A stretch of 63,994 bases of DNA, the filler included, from Octopus bimaculoides (taxonomy: Eukaryota), in NCBI RefSeq assembly GCF_001194135.2. It is 5 parts of 5 records of this genome, joined end to end, with 100 filler letters (N's around TTAATTAATTAA, not from the genome) between each part and the next. Parts side by side here need not be neighbours in the genome. Positions count along the whole stretch, not along the records: positions 1 to 28,717 come from NC_068998.1; 4 more parts are not named here. One strand, 5' to 3'. Under the pieces are notes generated by a model that saw nothing but the letters and a program-made list of their open reading frames with translations, did no database searches and was not told the origin of the DNA. Positions within the stretch are counted from its first letter, which is position 1. Each line of letters opens with the position of its first letter. Both the position numbers and the translations under genes were made by a program. This document shows positions 12,992 through 25,375 of the stretch, piece by piece.

Positions 12992-13309
12992 TCAAAGTGG
13001 CAATTCTTTCTTGGTTCTAGTCCTGCGGCACTTACTGTCATAGTTCATATTCAGTTTTGGAGCTTCTGGAATAAAATCCACATCTGCTAAATTCTCTTTA
13101 CCAGTTCCGAGGAAGAGAGATGAGTTTGGCAGAAAACTCTTGGATCCTTTGCGTATTGAGCCTGGTTCCGTACTTATGAAGGTTGTATGAAGTAAAGGAG
13201 GGGTTGGTAAATCGAGCTCTTTCACAATCTCCAATTTTGGTGTTTCTGGGTTTTGAAGCTCAACAGATTTATCATGCTGGTCTGCTTTTGAAGCATGTGA
13301 CCTCAGTGT
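12992..13309 (-). CDS. SKA3: SKA3-like last coding exon (TLRSH...NPETPKLEIVKELDLPTPP...KELPL*)
   Basis: acatttcag acceptor, phase 0; stop at 12992 followed by AATAAA about 22 nt downstream; an internal gtaagt donor at 13035 allows an alternative end. Confidence 0.72.
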   Translation of the reverse strand, partial: TLRSHASKADQHDKSVELQNPETPKLEIVKELDLPTPPLLHTTFISTEPGSIRKGSKSFLPNSSLFLGTGKENLADVDFIPEAPKLNMNYDSKCRRTRTKKELPL

Positions 13310-15218
13310 CTGAAATGTAAATTAATATAGAACATAAAATACATTCATCATCAGCATCATTTAATGTCCACCTTCCATGCAAGCACCGATTGGATGGTTT
13401 GACAAGGAACCAGCCAGGTAGAAGACTACGCCAGACTTCTGTGTCTGTTTTGGTATGGTTCTTACAGCTGGATGCCCTTCCAAAATGCCAGCCACTTTAC
13501 AGTGTGGACAGGATGCTTTTTACATGGCACCAGCACATGTAAATAACTTGCAAGACATAAATACATATATATGTGTGTATGTATACATATATTTGAAGGT
13601 GCCTGGCCCAGTGGCTAGGATGTTGTACTCATGATTACTAAATTGTGGGTTTGATTCCTGCATTGGGCAGCACATTGTGTTCTTGAGCAAAACACTTTAT
13701 GTCACATTAACCCTTTTATTACTGAATTTCTGTTGGGATGCTCTGTGTTTCTTTCAATTAATTTAAAATATAATAAAGAATTTAACTTTGTTATCATTAA
13801 GCTAGTGTTAGGAACATAAATTGTGACTAAGGTTTGGTGGAAGATTTTAATTCAGAACTTATGTAAACAAGACATTTGCAGTAGAGAGCCAGAGGCTGTT
13901 TCAGACAGGTTGGTCTCAAAAGGGTTAAAAAAACACAAAAAGCATGAAGAAGGAGAACTCTCAGAGCAAGGACAATGAGGTGAGAGAATCTTACCCGTGT
14001 TGTTAAGACTGGATGCATTGGTAATTCACCAACAGCATAGCCTTTTGAGTAATTCACCAAAATTTTCCTGTTTCCTGATTGTGGTGTTGAAGGCAGAAAG
14101 AACACATCAGAGTCCAGGTACTGCTGTGAGTTACTGTTATTAAACTGTGGTGGTTCCAAACTCTGTTTCTTACTGGATGGTTCTTCACTTATTGGCATCT
14201 CCAGCTTCTTACGAATGCTGTGGCTTGGCTTCTCTTCCAAGCGGGCTTTCTTTTGGCTTGAAAAACTCACCACATCAATGTAATTTGGAGTCTTATACAA
14301 CTTGGTACCTTCAACAGAAACAAATAATCACTATTTTTTTAGATTTGCCTTAAATTATTCAAATTAGGGGAAACCGAGTTTGGAGTCAGAAATTAGATGG
14401 AAGGAAGTGAGACATGATAAAACAAAGGCAAGAAGAGGATAAGGAGACAGAAAAAGAAAGTGACTGAAGGAGTCAGCTGGAGGGGACAAGAGAAGAGTGA
14501 TAAAGGAGACAGCCGGAGGTTGCAACAGGAAGGGGACAGCATTTTGGGGTAAACATTTGTGAGTCGAGAATGCTACTGTGTTCTGTCTTTGAATGCAGTT
14601 AATTTTTCTTCAGGTGGTGAAGCAGCTCTGAAGGTGTTTTAGCCCCCGTTTCACCATTCCACCAGAGCTGCCTGGGGTCACCCACTGATGTAGGTGAGAA
14701 AACTGCCTGGAAATATCAAGAGTTTTGTTGAGTCAGATGTTGTGACTCTGGGCCAGATGTTTCTGTCCTCCTCAAGGCCTGATCTTGCTGCACCACCTGT
14801 CCTCTATCTTGAACCGGACGTAATGGTTTTGTTTTCTCAGCAGCTTATGACAAGGTTTTGGCAACATGTTTTCTCTCCTTTGCAGCACTGAGTGAACCTT
14901 AGTTCCAGCAAATCCTCTCTAACACCTGTCTCTACAAGAAAGACCAGGATAATGGTAAAAGGGGACAATAAAAGAAACAGGTAGATGTGGGAGATGAAGG
15001 AGAGAGACAGAGGGGACAGTTATAATTATGCTATTGTTTAGCTCTCATTCAAGAAATCGTCAATCAAAAGGGTTCCATCTGTGACCATCATGCCTTTTAT
15101 TCAGACACGGTTCATTTTGGACTACATCACCGATGTGTGATTTCATTTAAGCCGATAAGATGTGATTTGAAATTTGGCTGCTATTTTTAGCAGTCACAAA
15201 CACTCACAACAGTTCCTT

Positions 15219-15255
<37 letters not shown>

Positions 15256-16412
15256 AGTCAAATATACTCTGCAAGTATGCGATGCCACTCATCCTACTTA
15301 TTCATTATTCACATTGTTTACAGTCATGCTTATATGGATTGGCTATGTCTGTCTGTCTGTCTGATTGACTGTATATGAAGCCACAACAGTCGGTCACCAT
15401 AGCAACAACCCAGTAAGTGAAGCATGTCTAATAAGAACTGGAGCGAATAATCTGTGGTTGGCTGGTATTCCGGATGACATCAAGACTTATAGAGATGAGG
15501 GGGAGAGAGAGAGAGTGTGTGTGTGTCTCTGAAATCGTGTTTCAAACCTTGTAAATGAGATAGAAAAGGAAGGCAGATCAGCTACATCATCATCATCATC
15601 ATTTAACGTCTGCTTTCCATGCTGGCATGGGTTGGGTGGTTTGGCTGAGGACTGGTAGTAGTAGTGGTGGTGTTGGTGATAGTAGTGGTGGAGATAGAGG
15701 TAGTAGTATTGTTGGTAATGATGGTATTAGTAGTTGTAGCGGTGGTGGTGGTGGTGGTGGCAGAAGATTTTGTAAAGAAAACAAACCCAAACAATATTTA
15801 CCATATCTAAGTACGCTTGTGTCTGGTGTGAAAAGAGGTGGAATTTTACCCAGGACACTTGGAGACATGAATAAACCATTATGTCGGAAATCGGCTGGTG
15901 TAGAAACACTGGAAAGGAAACCAGAATGAAACCATTTTTGACAAGACATTTTTTATCTTGAGACAATAAGAACTGCATTCTTGGATTATTAAAAGGGAAT
16001 TGGTTTTGGGAACAGGAGAATAATACATCTCTGCTTGGTATATATATGTTTAAGTGTTTACTTGTTACTTATTGGACTGTGGCCATGCTGGGGCACATCC
16101 TGGTATGGTTTAGTTGAACATACTGACCACAGTTTTAAAATTTTTTTTAAGCCTGGTACTTATTCTATAGGGCACTTTTGCCAAACGAAAAAGAGGATGT
16201 AAACAAACCAACACTGGTTGTCAAGCAGAGATAGGGGACAAACACAAAGACACACACACACACACACAATTACCATAACAAAAACTGGAAAGTTTTGTAT
16301 ATTTCTAGTTTCATTACAATGTAGGAAATACGTTACGAATATTAATATGAAGAACAATATAAATAGGAATTCATAATTGGTATGAACAAGCAGAAAACAT
16401 GTATAGGATCTT

Positions 16413-16447
<35 letters not shown>

Positions 16448-18190
16448 CACCATGATATACGTGTTAATTTGGTCCTGGAGGCCGCTCCTAAAGCAGAGCA
16501 ACAATTTCCCCATAGTAGCAATGTTATAAACAGTAATTTGTTTTTAAAAACATATTTTACCTATAAAATTTATAATACTCGTAAATAAATGGCAATAAAG
16601 CAACAGCAGAATGTAAAGAATATTTTATGTAAAGTAAAAAGAATGTTGGGATCATTTATAATAAAAAATATTATTATTATAATTGTTTTCTGAATCACTT
16701 TCACTCACACTAGACATTAAAAATCACAATAAAATAACAAAAAGAATCTGATCTCTCTTACTGGTTGTTGTAATTAGAGTAAGACTCGTTATAATTATTA
16801 CAAGTGTTGTTGGGTTTCTGCAACTGAGCAATTGTATAATGGCTGACTCCAAAATCTTTCAACTGTGGCGTCTGTGGAGATTCTTTCTCATCTGGCTCAT
16901 CATTATTGGATACATTCTCAGGGGTAGAACTAGCAACAGGGTTAAGGGAAATAATTAAGGGTGCACGGAGAGTAATCTGAGGGGCCATGTGAATCAGAAT
17001 ATTTCACACGGGTTCAAAATAAATCAAAAAAATATATAAATAAATGAATTGTTGTTGTTGTTGGCACTCCGTTGCTTACAACGTCGAGGGGGTTCCAGTT
17101 GATCCGATCAACGGAACAGCTTGCTTGTGAAATTAACGTGCAAGTAGCTGAATACTCCACAGACACGTGTACCCTTAACATAGTTCTCGGGGATATTCAG
17201 CGTGACAAGGCTGACCCTTTGAATTACAGGTACAACAGAAACAGGAAGTAAGAGTGAGAGAAAGTTGTGGTGAAAGAGTACAGCAGGGTTCACCACCACC
17301 CCCTGCTGGAGCCTCGTGGAGCTTTAGGTGTCTTCGCTCAATAAACNNNNNNNNNNNNNNNNNNNNNNNNNNNNNNNNNNNNNNNNNNNNNNNNNNNNNN
17401 NNNNNNNNNNNNNNNNNNNNNNNNNNNNNNNNNNNNNNNNNNNNNNNNNNNNNNNNNNNNNNNNNNNNNNNNNNNNNNNNNNNNNNNNNNNNNNNNNNNN
17501 NNNNNNNNNNNNNNNNNNNNNNNNNNNNNNNNNNNNNNNNNNNNNNNNNNNNNNNNNNNNNNNNNNNNNNNNNNNNNNNNNNNNNNNNNNNNNNNNNNNN
17601 NNNNNNNNNNNNNNNNNNNNNNNNNNNNNNNNNNNNNNNNNNNNNNNNNNNNNNNNNNNNNNNNNNNNNNNNNNNNNNNNNNNNNNNNNNNNNNNNNNNN
17701 NNNNNNNNNNNNNNNNNNNNNNNNNNNNNNNNNNNNNNNNNNNNNNNNNNNNNNNNNNNNNNNNNNNNNNNNNNNNNNNNNNNNNNNNNNNNNNNNNNNN
17801 NNNNNNNNNNNNNNNNNNNNNNNNNNNNNNNNNNNNNNNNNNNNNNNNNNNNNNNNNNNNNNNNNNNNNNNNNNNNNNNNNNNNNNNNNNNNNNNNNNNN
17901 NNNNNNNNNNNNNNNNNNNNNNNNNNNNNNNNNNNNNNNNNNNNNNNNNNNNNNNNNNNNNNNNNNNNNNNNNNNNNCTTGACTCTTCTCAACAAAATGA
18001 GCAAAATGGATGGGGTTTTCAATTGTACTAGGGACCTACACCCATTTAGCACAGAGGGGTGCCTCTTACAGTAGGCGTTCAAAGAGCTTACTATCCGCAT
18101 GCCTTCATTCCATCATGGAATCTTGGAGTATTTTGCCATTTGCAGCACATAACAGAGATATTAAAAATCAAGTGATGCCTGTGACAGGAT

Positions 18191-18231
<41 letters not shown>

Positions 18232-19853
18232 GCACACACACATGATGGGCTTTCAGTTTCCATCTACAAGGCTTTGGTTGAATCTTGGCTATATAGTCAA
18301 AGACACTTACCCGAGGTGCCATGCAGTGGGACTGAACCTGGAACCAAGTGGTTGGGAAGCAAGTGTCTTACCACACAGCCAGACCTGCACTTATACAATC
18401 CTCCATGAAAGCATGTCCATTCGTAGTTTGATAGGATAGAGAAAATGTTTATTAAGAGCGTATATATGGATGTAACACAAAGATGCAATTAAGAAAAAAA
18501 AACCCAAAACACTCACGATATGGAATATAACCATGTTCTTCTAAGAAGGATTCCTGCTCCTTGATAATGGTCTTCTGTTGTTCCATTATCATAGAAGTTA
18601 AGTCTGTGATGCTTCGAAACTGGACATAAGAATTCTGTAGATGTTGGTATAAATTGTTGCATTCCGACTGAAGAATTATAGCAGCAGAACAAGACAGAAG
18701 AATATGGAATTAGTTAATTTGAGATTTTGCATAAAAGAAAACACAAAATTCCATCAAAAAATAAAAGTATATATATGTATGTATGTATGATCATCAGTCT
18801 GATTTGGCATGGTTTTCTATGGCTGGATGCCTTTCCTAATGCCAACCACTCTGAGAGTGCAATGGGTGCTTTTACATGCCATTTGTGTAACACTGGAGTG
18901 CGTTCTTATGTGCCACCGGTATCTGCCACGACTGCGATTTCGCTCAGCTTGATGGGTCTTCTTCTCAAGTAAGACATAATATCAACGGTCTTGGTCATTG
19001 CCTCTGTGAGGCCTAACACTTGAGAGGTACTCAGCCACTTTGCCTCCATGAGGCCCAATGTATATATATATATATATGACTGGCCCTCGTGCCGGTGGCA
19101 TGTAAAAGTATCCACTACACTCTCAGAGTGGTTGACGTTAGGAAGGGCATCCAGCTGTACAAACTTTGCCAGATCAGCTTGAGCCTGGTGCAGCCTTCTG
19201 GCTCACTAGTCCTCAGTCAAACAATCCAACCCATGCCAGCATGGAGAGCGGACTATGACGATGACATGTATATGTGTATGTATGCACCAGTATGGCCACA
19301 GTCAAATGTCTGAAACAAGTGGAAGATAATAGATTCCCCCACCCCTTTAAAAACAAGGAAACAAAAAGTGATAAAATTAATAATAATAATAATCATACCA
19401 ACAACAACTAACAAAGATGAGCTCGTTAATTCATTATCAAGGCACAGATCGTTTACACTTTGGTCGAAGACTAGCAGCTAATAGCCTATAGAGATAACCA
19501 GAGAGATAAACATGGAAAGAGAGAGAGAGAGAGAGAGAGGAAAGAGAGGTTAAATTAATTAGACAATAATTTTTTCTTCAATATGTAGTTTTGTCTATGT
19601 TTTGTCCTGTCCTTATGTGTTTTTTTTCCTTTGTTTTTGTTTTTTGTAAAAATCTTTATTGCATTCTTTCACTGTTTCTTTTACGCAATATTTCTTATCT
19701 TTACACACACACACGTACTCATATCTACATAGATATTATATACTCATACCCTCATATCATCATCTACATACACACACACACTTCTATCTAGTTAAATACA
19801 CATACCTCATATATGTGGACGTTTATCGATGATATCTATATTTGTATACACAC

Positions 19854-19885
<32 letters not shown>

Positions 19886-20617
19886 ATGTAGACGTGTGTG
19901 TGTGTATATACATGTGTGTATATATATATATACATATATATNNNNNNNNNNNNNNNNNNNNNNNNNNNNNNNNNNNNNNNNNNNNNNNNNNNNNNNNNNN
20001 NNNNNNNNNNNNNNNNNNNNNNNNNNNNNNNNNNNNNNNNNNNNNNNNNNNNNNNNNNNNNNNNNNNNNNNNNNNNNNNNNNNNNNNNNNNNNNNNNNNN
20101 NNNNNNNNNNNNNNNNNNNNNNNNNNNNNNNNNNNNNNNNNNNNNNNNNNNNNNNNNNNNNNNNNNNNNNNNNNNNNNNNNATATATATATATATATATA
20201 TATATACGACATTATGAGAGACTCTGAAATCAACACACCAAATAGTCATATGCGTCACGGTAAACTTTGTAGTATGCAGAAAGTGAAGTGACAAGCAGGT
20301 TTTGGTGGTGGTGGGCGAGAGGTGGACTTCAGATTAATTAAACCCGAAAAGTAATTAGAAATTAGATGATAACAATGCAGAGCTTGATGAGATGTGAAAT
20401 GAAGTGATCGATTAAGTTTGAAGTAAGCCAAGACACCCTTTTTCTTCGTTTGTTATGTTTTTGTTTTGAGAGCAAGGAAGTGGGTGTGTCTAACTCTAAC
20501 ATTAACATCTACACATGTTGTAAACGTACATACACTACAGATCCTTATATACAGGCAGGCACATAGATATCCTCACAAACACATAGCTATATACTTATGT
20601 GAGTGTGTGTGTTTGTG

Positions 20618-20651
<34 letters not shown>

Positions 20652-20771
20652 TGTATGTATACAGAGAGAGGGCCACATGCATATACAGACATTATGTGTG
20701 TGTATACATGTATATAAACATGTGTATGTATGTATGTATATACATATATATATACACATCCATACATATAT

Positions 20772-20805
<34 letters not shown>

Positions 20806-21120
20806 TATTTTGCTTAAAAGAGTTCCAACACTGTCTGTTTTTTATGTTTTATTTATATTCCTGCAGAACTAATGTGGGGTATAGAATATGGAATATACAA
20901 TATATAATATGATATACAATATACAATATAAAATAAAATAAAATAAAAATGGATGGCACCATGAAAGAAAGTATTGAATGTAGATGAAATATTGAGTGTT
21001 CAATATAAAGGATCAAATATATAAATATATAAATATAAATATATATATATAAAGGCAACTCGAGTTTCAGGGCTATTTCCCTTCGTCATGGCCGGTATGA
21101 CAGACTTTAACAGACTGTGT

Positions 21121-21168
<48 letters not shown>

Positions 21169-21914
21169 AATATGCTTTCTTCCTTTCTTCTTTAAATAAG
21201 TAGAGTATAATGAGATTTGGCTGTCATTTCTAGTGCACATCTCCTTTGTGAACCTCATTTCTTGAGCTGTCATCTTCTCTATTAACGTACAACTTACTCA
21301 TCTTGGTCCCTCATCCTCAAAGACTTTGTTTTGAGTATGGGGAGGGTTTAAAGGATTAGTGCTTATACATAGCTGCACAAAAACTGTTCACCACATTCAT
21401 CAGGTCTTCTTAAACAGGATTGAGCAGTATTTACACATCAACTACATGTTTATTGTGTTCACTAGATTGTTTGCCTGTTTACTGAATTCACTTGAAGAGG
21501 ACTGAACAGGGTTCATGCAATAGCTATATGTTCACTGTGTCCACAAGGTCTCCTTGAACAAGATTGAACAGTGACCATACAGCTACATGTTTATTGTTCA
21601 CCCAAATAGTGTTCGCTTGAACAAGACTCACTACAACTACTCTACCTCATGTTTACTCTACTACATGTTTACTGCAGTCACTGGCTCCACTTGAACAAAA
21701 TGAATGACTTGGATTTACACAGTGATAGAATATCAGACAACGAGGGATAACTTACTACTTTGTCGCTTAAGTTCTTTGACAACTCTTTGATATAATGGAG
21801 AGATTGAAGCTTCTTCTCAGATTTGGTCAAACTGTTTGTCTGAGTGGGGAGATTGTCCAGCTTCTTGGCCAACTCACGGAAAACTGTGAAGAAGGGCTGG
21901 TCACTGCCCGCCAT
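12992..21914 (-). CDS. SKA3: SKA3-like spindle and kinetochore-associated protein, spliced: 21914-21756, 18667-18517, (possible missing small exon), 16929-16762, 15908-15802, 14308-13995, 13309-12992; about 405 aa
   Basis: N-terminal coiled coil FFTVFRELAKKLD (cf. SFCGKLRSLASTLD), IIKEQESFLEEHGYIPY (cf. IREYFQKYGYSP), ESPQTPQLKDFGVSHY (cf. KSPRSPQLSDFGLERY), and a Ser/Thr-Pro-rich C-terminus with PTPP. Strong Kozak gccatcATGgcg. Splice phases are consistent except at one junction spanning an N-gap. Confidence 0.78.
13711..13924. mobile_element. piggyBac-like MITE, same family as 50127-50347 (opposite orientation)
   Basis: TTAA|CCCTTTT ... AAAAGGG|TTAA; body is the reverse complement of the 50.1-kb copy. 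Confidence 0.78.
13995..14308 (-). CDS. SKA3: SKA3-like exon (TKLYKTPNY...PMHPVLTTR)
   Basis: ttctgttgaag acceptor, gtaaga donor, 314 nt open frame. Confidence 0.75.
14612..14925 (-). mobile_element. Highly decayed RTE-like LINE fragment
   Basis: LRFTQC (cf. LRWFGH) and IWPRVTTSD (cf. TW.EV..SD) remnants with many stops. Confidence 0.35.
15802..15908 (-). CDS. SKA3: SKA3-like exon (VSTPADF...SPSVLGKIPPLFTPDTSVLRY)
   Basis: tttcctttccag acceptor (phase 2) and gtaaat donor (phase 1) match both neighbouring exons. Confidence 0.72.
16762..16929 (-). CDS. SKA3: SKA3-like exon (STPENV...SPQTPQLKDFGVSHY...NYNN)
   Basis: SKA3-type SPxxPQLxDFG motif, gtaaga donor at 16761; exact acceptor uncertain (16929, 16891 or near 16976). 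Confidence 0.75.
17052..17346 (-). mobile_element. Family A SINE, 5-prime part lost in the N-gap
   Basis: Colinear with the 37.1-kb copy; (TTG)n tail. Confidence 0.85.
18517..18667 (-). CDS. SKA3: SKA3-like exon (SECNNLYQHLQ...FLEEHGYIPY)
   Basis: ttcttcag acceptor, gtgagt donor, 151 nt, open frame; too short to appear in the ORF track. Confidence 0.82.
21054..21093 (-). ncRNA. Degenerate minimal hammerhead fold in a SKA3-like intron (sense strand)
   Basis: GGC-CATGACGA(1-nt insertion in core)-AGGG(AAATAG)CCCT-GAA-ACTC/GAGT-T-GCC. Confidence 0.55.
21756..21914 (-). CDS. SKA3: SKA3-like first coding exon (MAGSDQPFF...LSDKV); exon extends as 5-prime UTR to an acceptor at 22006
   Basis: ATG at 21914 in good Kozak context, gtaagt donor at 21755, polypyrimidine acceptor ttttcttttgtag at 22007. 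Confidence 0.78.
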
Positions 21915-23650
21915 GATGGCCAAAGGGTGGGCAAAAGCACAGACGATATTTTTCTTGGTTTATTTTGTGTTTTTTTTCTGATTCTTCTGATTGATTTTTT
22001 TTCTTGCTACAAAAAGAAAAAAAAAGAGCAAAATTTTCATTATGATAGACTGGAGAAAATAAATGCAAAAAAAAACCCAGACCAACCCATGTATCTCTTC
22101 TACACCAATATACTTGTTCCTGTCCCCTCTTTCATAATTCAGCCTCTCAACACCTGGAACAAACCCATCTCCCACAATACTGCACCCCACACTCTGTTTA
22201 GGGGTCTTACAAGTTACTTGGTGGCCCCAGTAGTGGTGGTGCCACAGAAAAAGAACCACTACACTCTGTAAATTGGTTCTAGCTGTAGAAATCTTTCACT
22301 CTTTTTCTATGACCATGGCCTGACCAAAGTCTTGTCAGTTGGCAAAATAAATTTTCATGGAAGAAGAGGCAGTGACAAGATCTTTGGCAATATACCGTGC
22401 TGGATAAGACCTGCCAAGCCAAGTGAGAGCAGAGTCATAGTTGATGCTGGTGTTTCATAATTGGCACCTGTGCCAGTGGCACGTAGAAATAATAAACGTT
22501 GGTGGAGGTGGTGATGCTAGTGGCATGACACAAAACCATATATTCGTAAGGGTGAATTAGGGTCACTGATTGAACCTTGTCCTCTATTAATCTTAATCTT
22601 AGATAGATAGATAGATAGATAGATGATAGAGAGAGATAGTAACAGAAATCCTTAGAAGACAAAGAAACGCAGTTGCAACACACACACACAAAAAAATATT
22701 TGTATGAGGAACGTGAAGAGTAAGATTTTCAAGCTAAAATATATATAGGAAGCTGTGACGCTCATGTATTTTCTCCAGGAACCAACAATGTGACTGAAAT
22801 GAAATAGAAGCGGTTAAAATGTAAATTTTCATGGTTTTGAAATGAAATAGAAGCTGTTATGAATACTTGTATGTGTGTGTCTAGCTAACGGAAGTTGACA
22901 TTGAAAAACCCTTTTAAACAAGTGAATCATATATAAATATATATTAAGCAATATCATTTATTTTTAATAAAAAACATAAGTCAAGACCGTATTATCGTAT
23001 CGGAGGTCAAATTATGCACACACCCTAACTATGGAACCAATTCGTGCAGACTGACGGGCTTTCGATCATGCGATTTATAATAAAAGTGCGAGGAAGTTAT
23101 AGCTGTTGAATTGGTCAGCTAACGAATATCAGACACACATATATATATATATAAATATGAACGAGAAAATGAATATGTATGAAATTCATGTGATATCGAT
23201 TTGAATATCTTTGAATAAACTGATGTCTATACGTCAATTTCTCCATTTACTCATTCATAAATATTTTAAATACCAATAGACACCAATGCAAAACTTAACG
23301 TATTTAATTTTTCACTGAACACTGATATAAACCGGAGAACTAGGATGCAAACATCCTTACGGTAAAATTATATATATATCTATGTACTTTACCTAAAAGT
23401 TTTTTTTTTTTGCTGGCCACTGATAAAATTCATTAAATTTAATGACTTATCCTTTAATTATGTTTATATATATATATATATATATATCTATCTATCTATC
23501 TATCTATATATATATCAACATAAAGTTTGGTGACTGTAGAATTCTAGCGCTGTAACAGCTTTTAGCTTCCATGTTCCGTAATCGAAAGATACTCCCCTCC
23601 CCAACCTCCATATATTCAGCATCACTCGGTTCCTATTTACTTATATTTAC

Positions 23651-23756
23651 CAATTTATAAGAAGAAACAAACATACCACAACAAGAACCGCCAAACGTTA
23701 CATTCAAATCCAGCGCACTGTCTGACGTCACTGTGACGTAACGCATACATGGCAAC
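23651..23756 (-). promoter_or_regulatory. Putative cell-cycle (CHR/CDE) promoter and non-coding first exon of the SKA3-like gene
   Basis: On the minus strand: CRE-like TTACGTCA (23734-23741) and TGACGTCA (23723-23730), GCGC + 4 nt + TTTGAA (23716-23703), E2F-like TTTGGCGG (23695-23688), then a donor ttg|gtaaat at 23650; the matching acceptor is at 22007. Confidence 0.55.
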
Positions 23757-23944
23757 GGTCAGGTTTTTATATTTTGGAAGTTAATTTAGTGTATGTTTAA
23801 CGTAAAAAGCTTTAATATGTTAATTAGAAATAATTATGATGGGGAGCCTAAATAACAAACACACAAAGAATATGAATAAGTCGCTATTAGTTTAATTTTC
23901 ACGGTAAGAATAGGAGGTGGGGAAAAAATGTATCATCATGTGAC

Positions 23945-24010
23945 TACAGACTACTTCCGGCGGTGATGAATTATCCTGCAAGCTAGGTACTGGAAGTGTC
24001 CCGGATTTCT
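23945..24010. promoter_or_regulatory. ETS/GABP-type element, possible divergent core promoter
   Basis: ACTTCCGG at 23953-23960 followed by GGAAGT and CCGGAT in a locally CpG-rich patch. Confidence 0.35.
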
Positions 24011-25339
24011 GGAGACAGTCGAAATATTTTTAAAATATAAAATAATCCATGAAAAGTAAAGAACTTAATTATATTCAAAAGATTCAAATCAATACAGTTC
24101 AAAACCAGGGTCTATTTGATATTTATTAATCCGTTTAAAATTCATAAAATATATCATACAGTTACAACGTATGTAGTATTATGTTCATAAGATGAAAGTT
24201 GAGAGAAGAAGACTAAAGGATATGATTTTATTTAACAGATACCAATACAAGTTCACACAATTCTTATTTAGAAAAGAACAAAACTATTTTTAACACACTG
24301 TTTGCAAGTTAACTAACTTCAAAAACAGGGTCTGTTAATACGGGGTACAGTATATAAATATATAGGGCAAGGAATAGTATTTCTGAATTTCTGGAAGCTG
24401 GATTAGACGTTCGGCACTGCATAATAATGTCTGAACATTTCCACCAGATGTACAAATTGATACAGATTTACATGGTTCTTCATTACTTAATAATTCTTTT
24501 CTACCCTAGAACAGTATAAGGCAGAGCTGTCACCCACTGGATTTGAACTCAGAATGTAAAGGGAAACAACTCATTACGGCTATCGAAAAACGAAAGAGTC
24601 TCAATTCGGGTATAACAATTTTACAATAGAAAAAAATTGTATATTGGGTATAACTACAGTTTAGCGCCCCACTCTCCTCGACTTACTTTTCGTGTATGGG
24701 ATGCTAATTTGAAACGAAAATTTAAAATAAGACGCGTTTTCGAGGGTGTAGATGATGAGTGTATCGACAACAATTTTCTTTTTTATATTTTCACTCGCCT
24801 GTTGTTTTTATTTCTTCTTACTTCTATTTAAAATGCATATTTTTAAACGACATTTTGCAAAAATATGTTTTCGGGAATCTGCATTAGGTAATGCTGATGT
24901 TTCATGCATGCATGCATGCATACATACATACATACATTGATTGGTGGCTCGTAGATAAAATTAGTCGGGGTGCTGCTTCAGAAAATTTTTAGCTGTTGTA
25001 TTAATATTGTGTAAAAGGAAACAAACATTTAAAAAGATTATTTATACGTAAACTTGACCGGTTCGCGTTTTAGCCACTGTCGGGTAGATCTCCCCCGTGT
25101 TTTTCAAAAATCCCCCCTAAATCACAAAATAAGAGGGGAAAAATCTGTCCTATTTTTCAAATCCTGGCAGCAACAGTGAAGCTGGAAGCAGGACGATAAT
25201 CTAATTCTATTCTTTATCACATTCGAGAATATAAACACGTTTTTAAGCACAACACATGCAGAGTCAAAAAGCAACACTACTTTTCACCGGCACTGCGTGA
25301 ACGACAGTGTTGTCTCTCCCTAGCGTGAAGCTTCCTATC

Positions 25340-25375
25340 TCGGACATGTGAGCATGCGCACATGAAAGCGAGACG
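25340..25375. promoter_or_regulatory. NRF1-like site in a CpG-rich, non-repetitive segment
   Basis: GCATGCGCA at 25352-25360. Confidence 0.3.
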
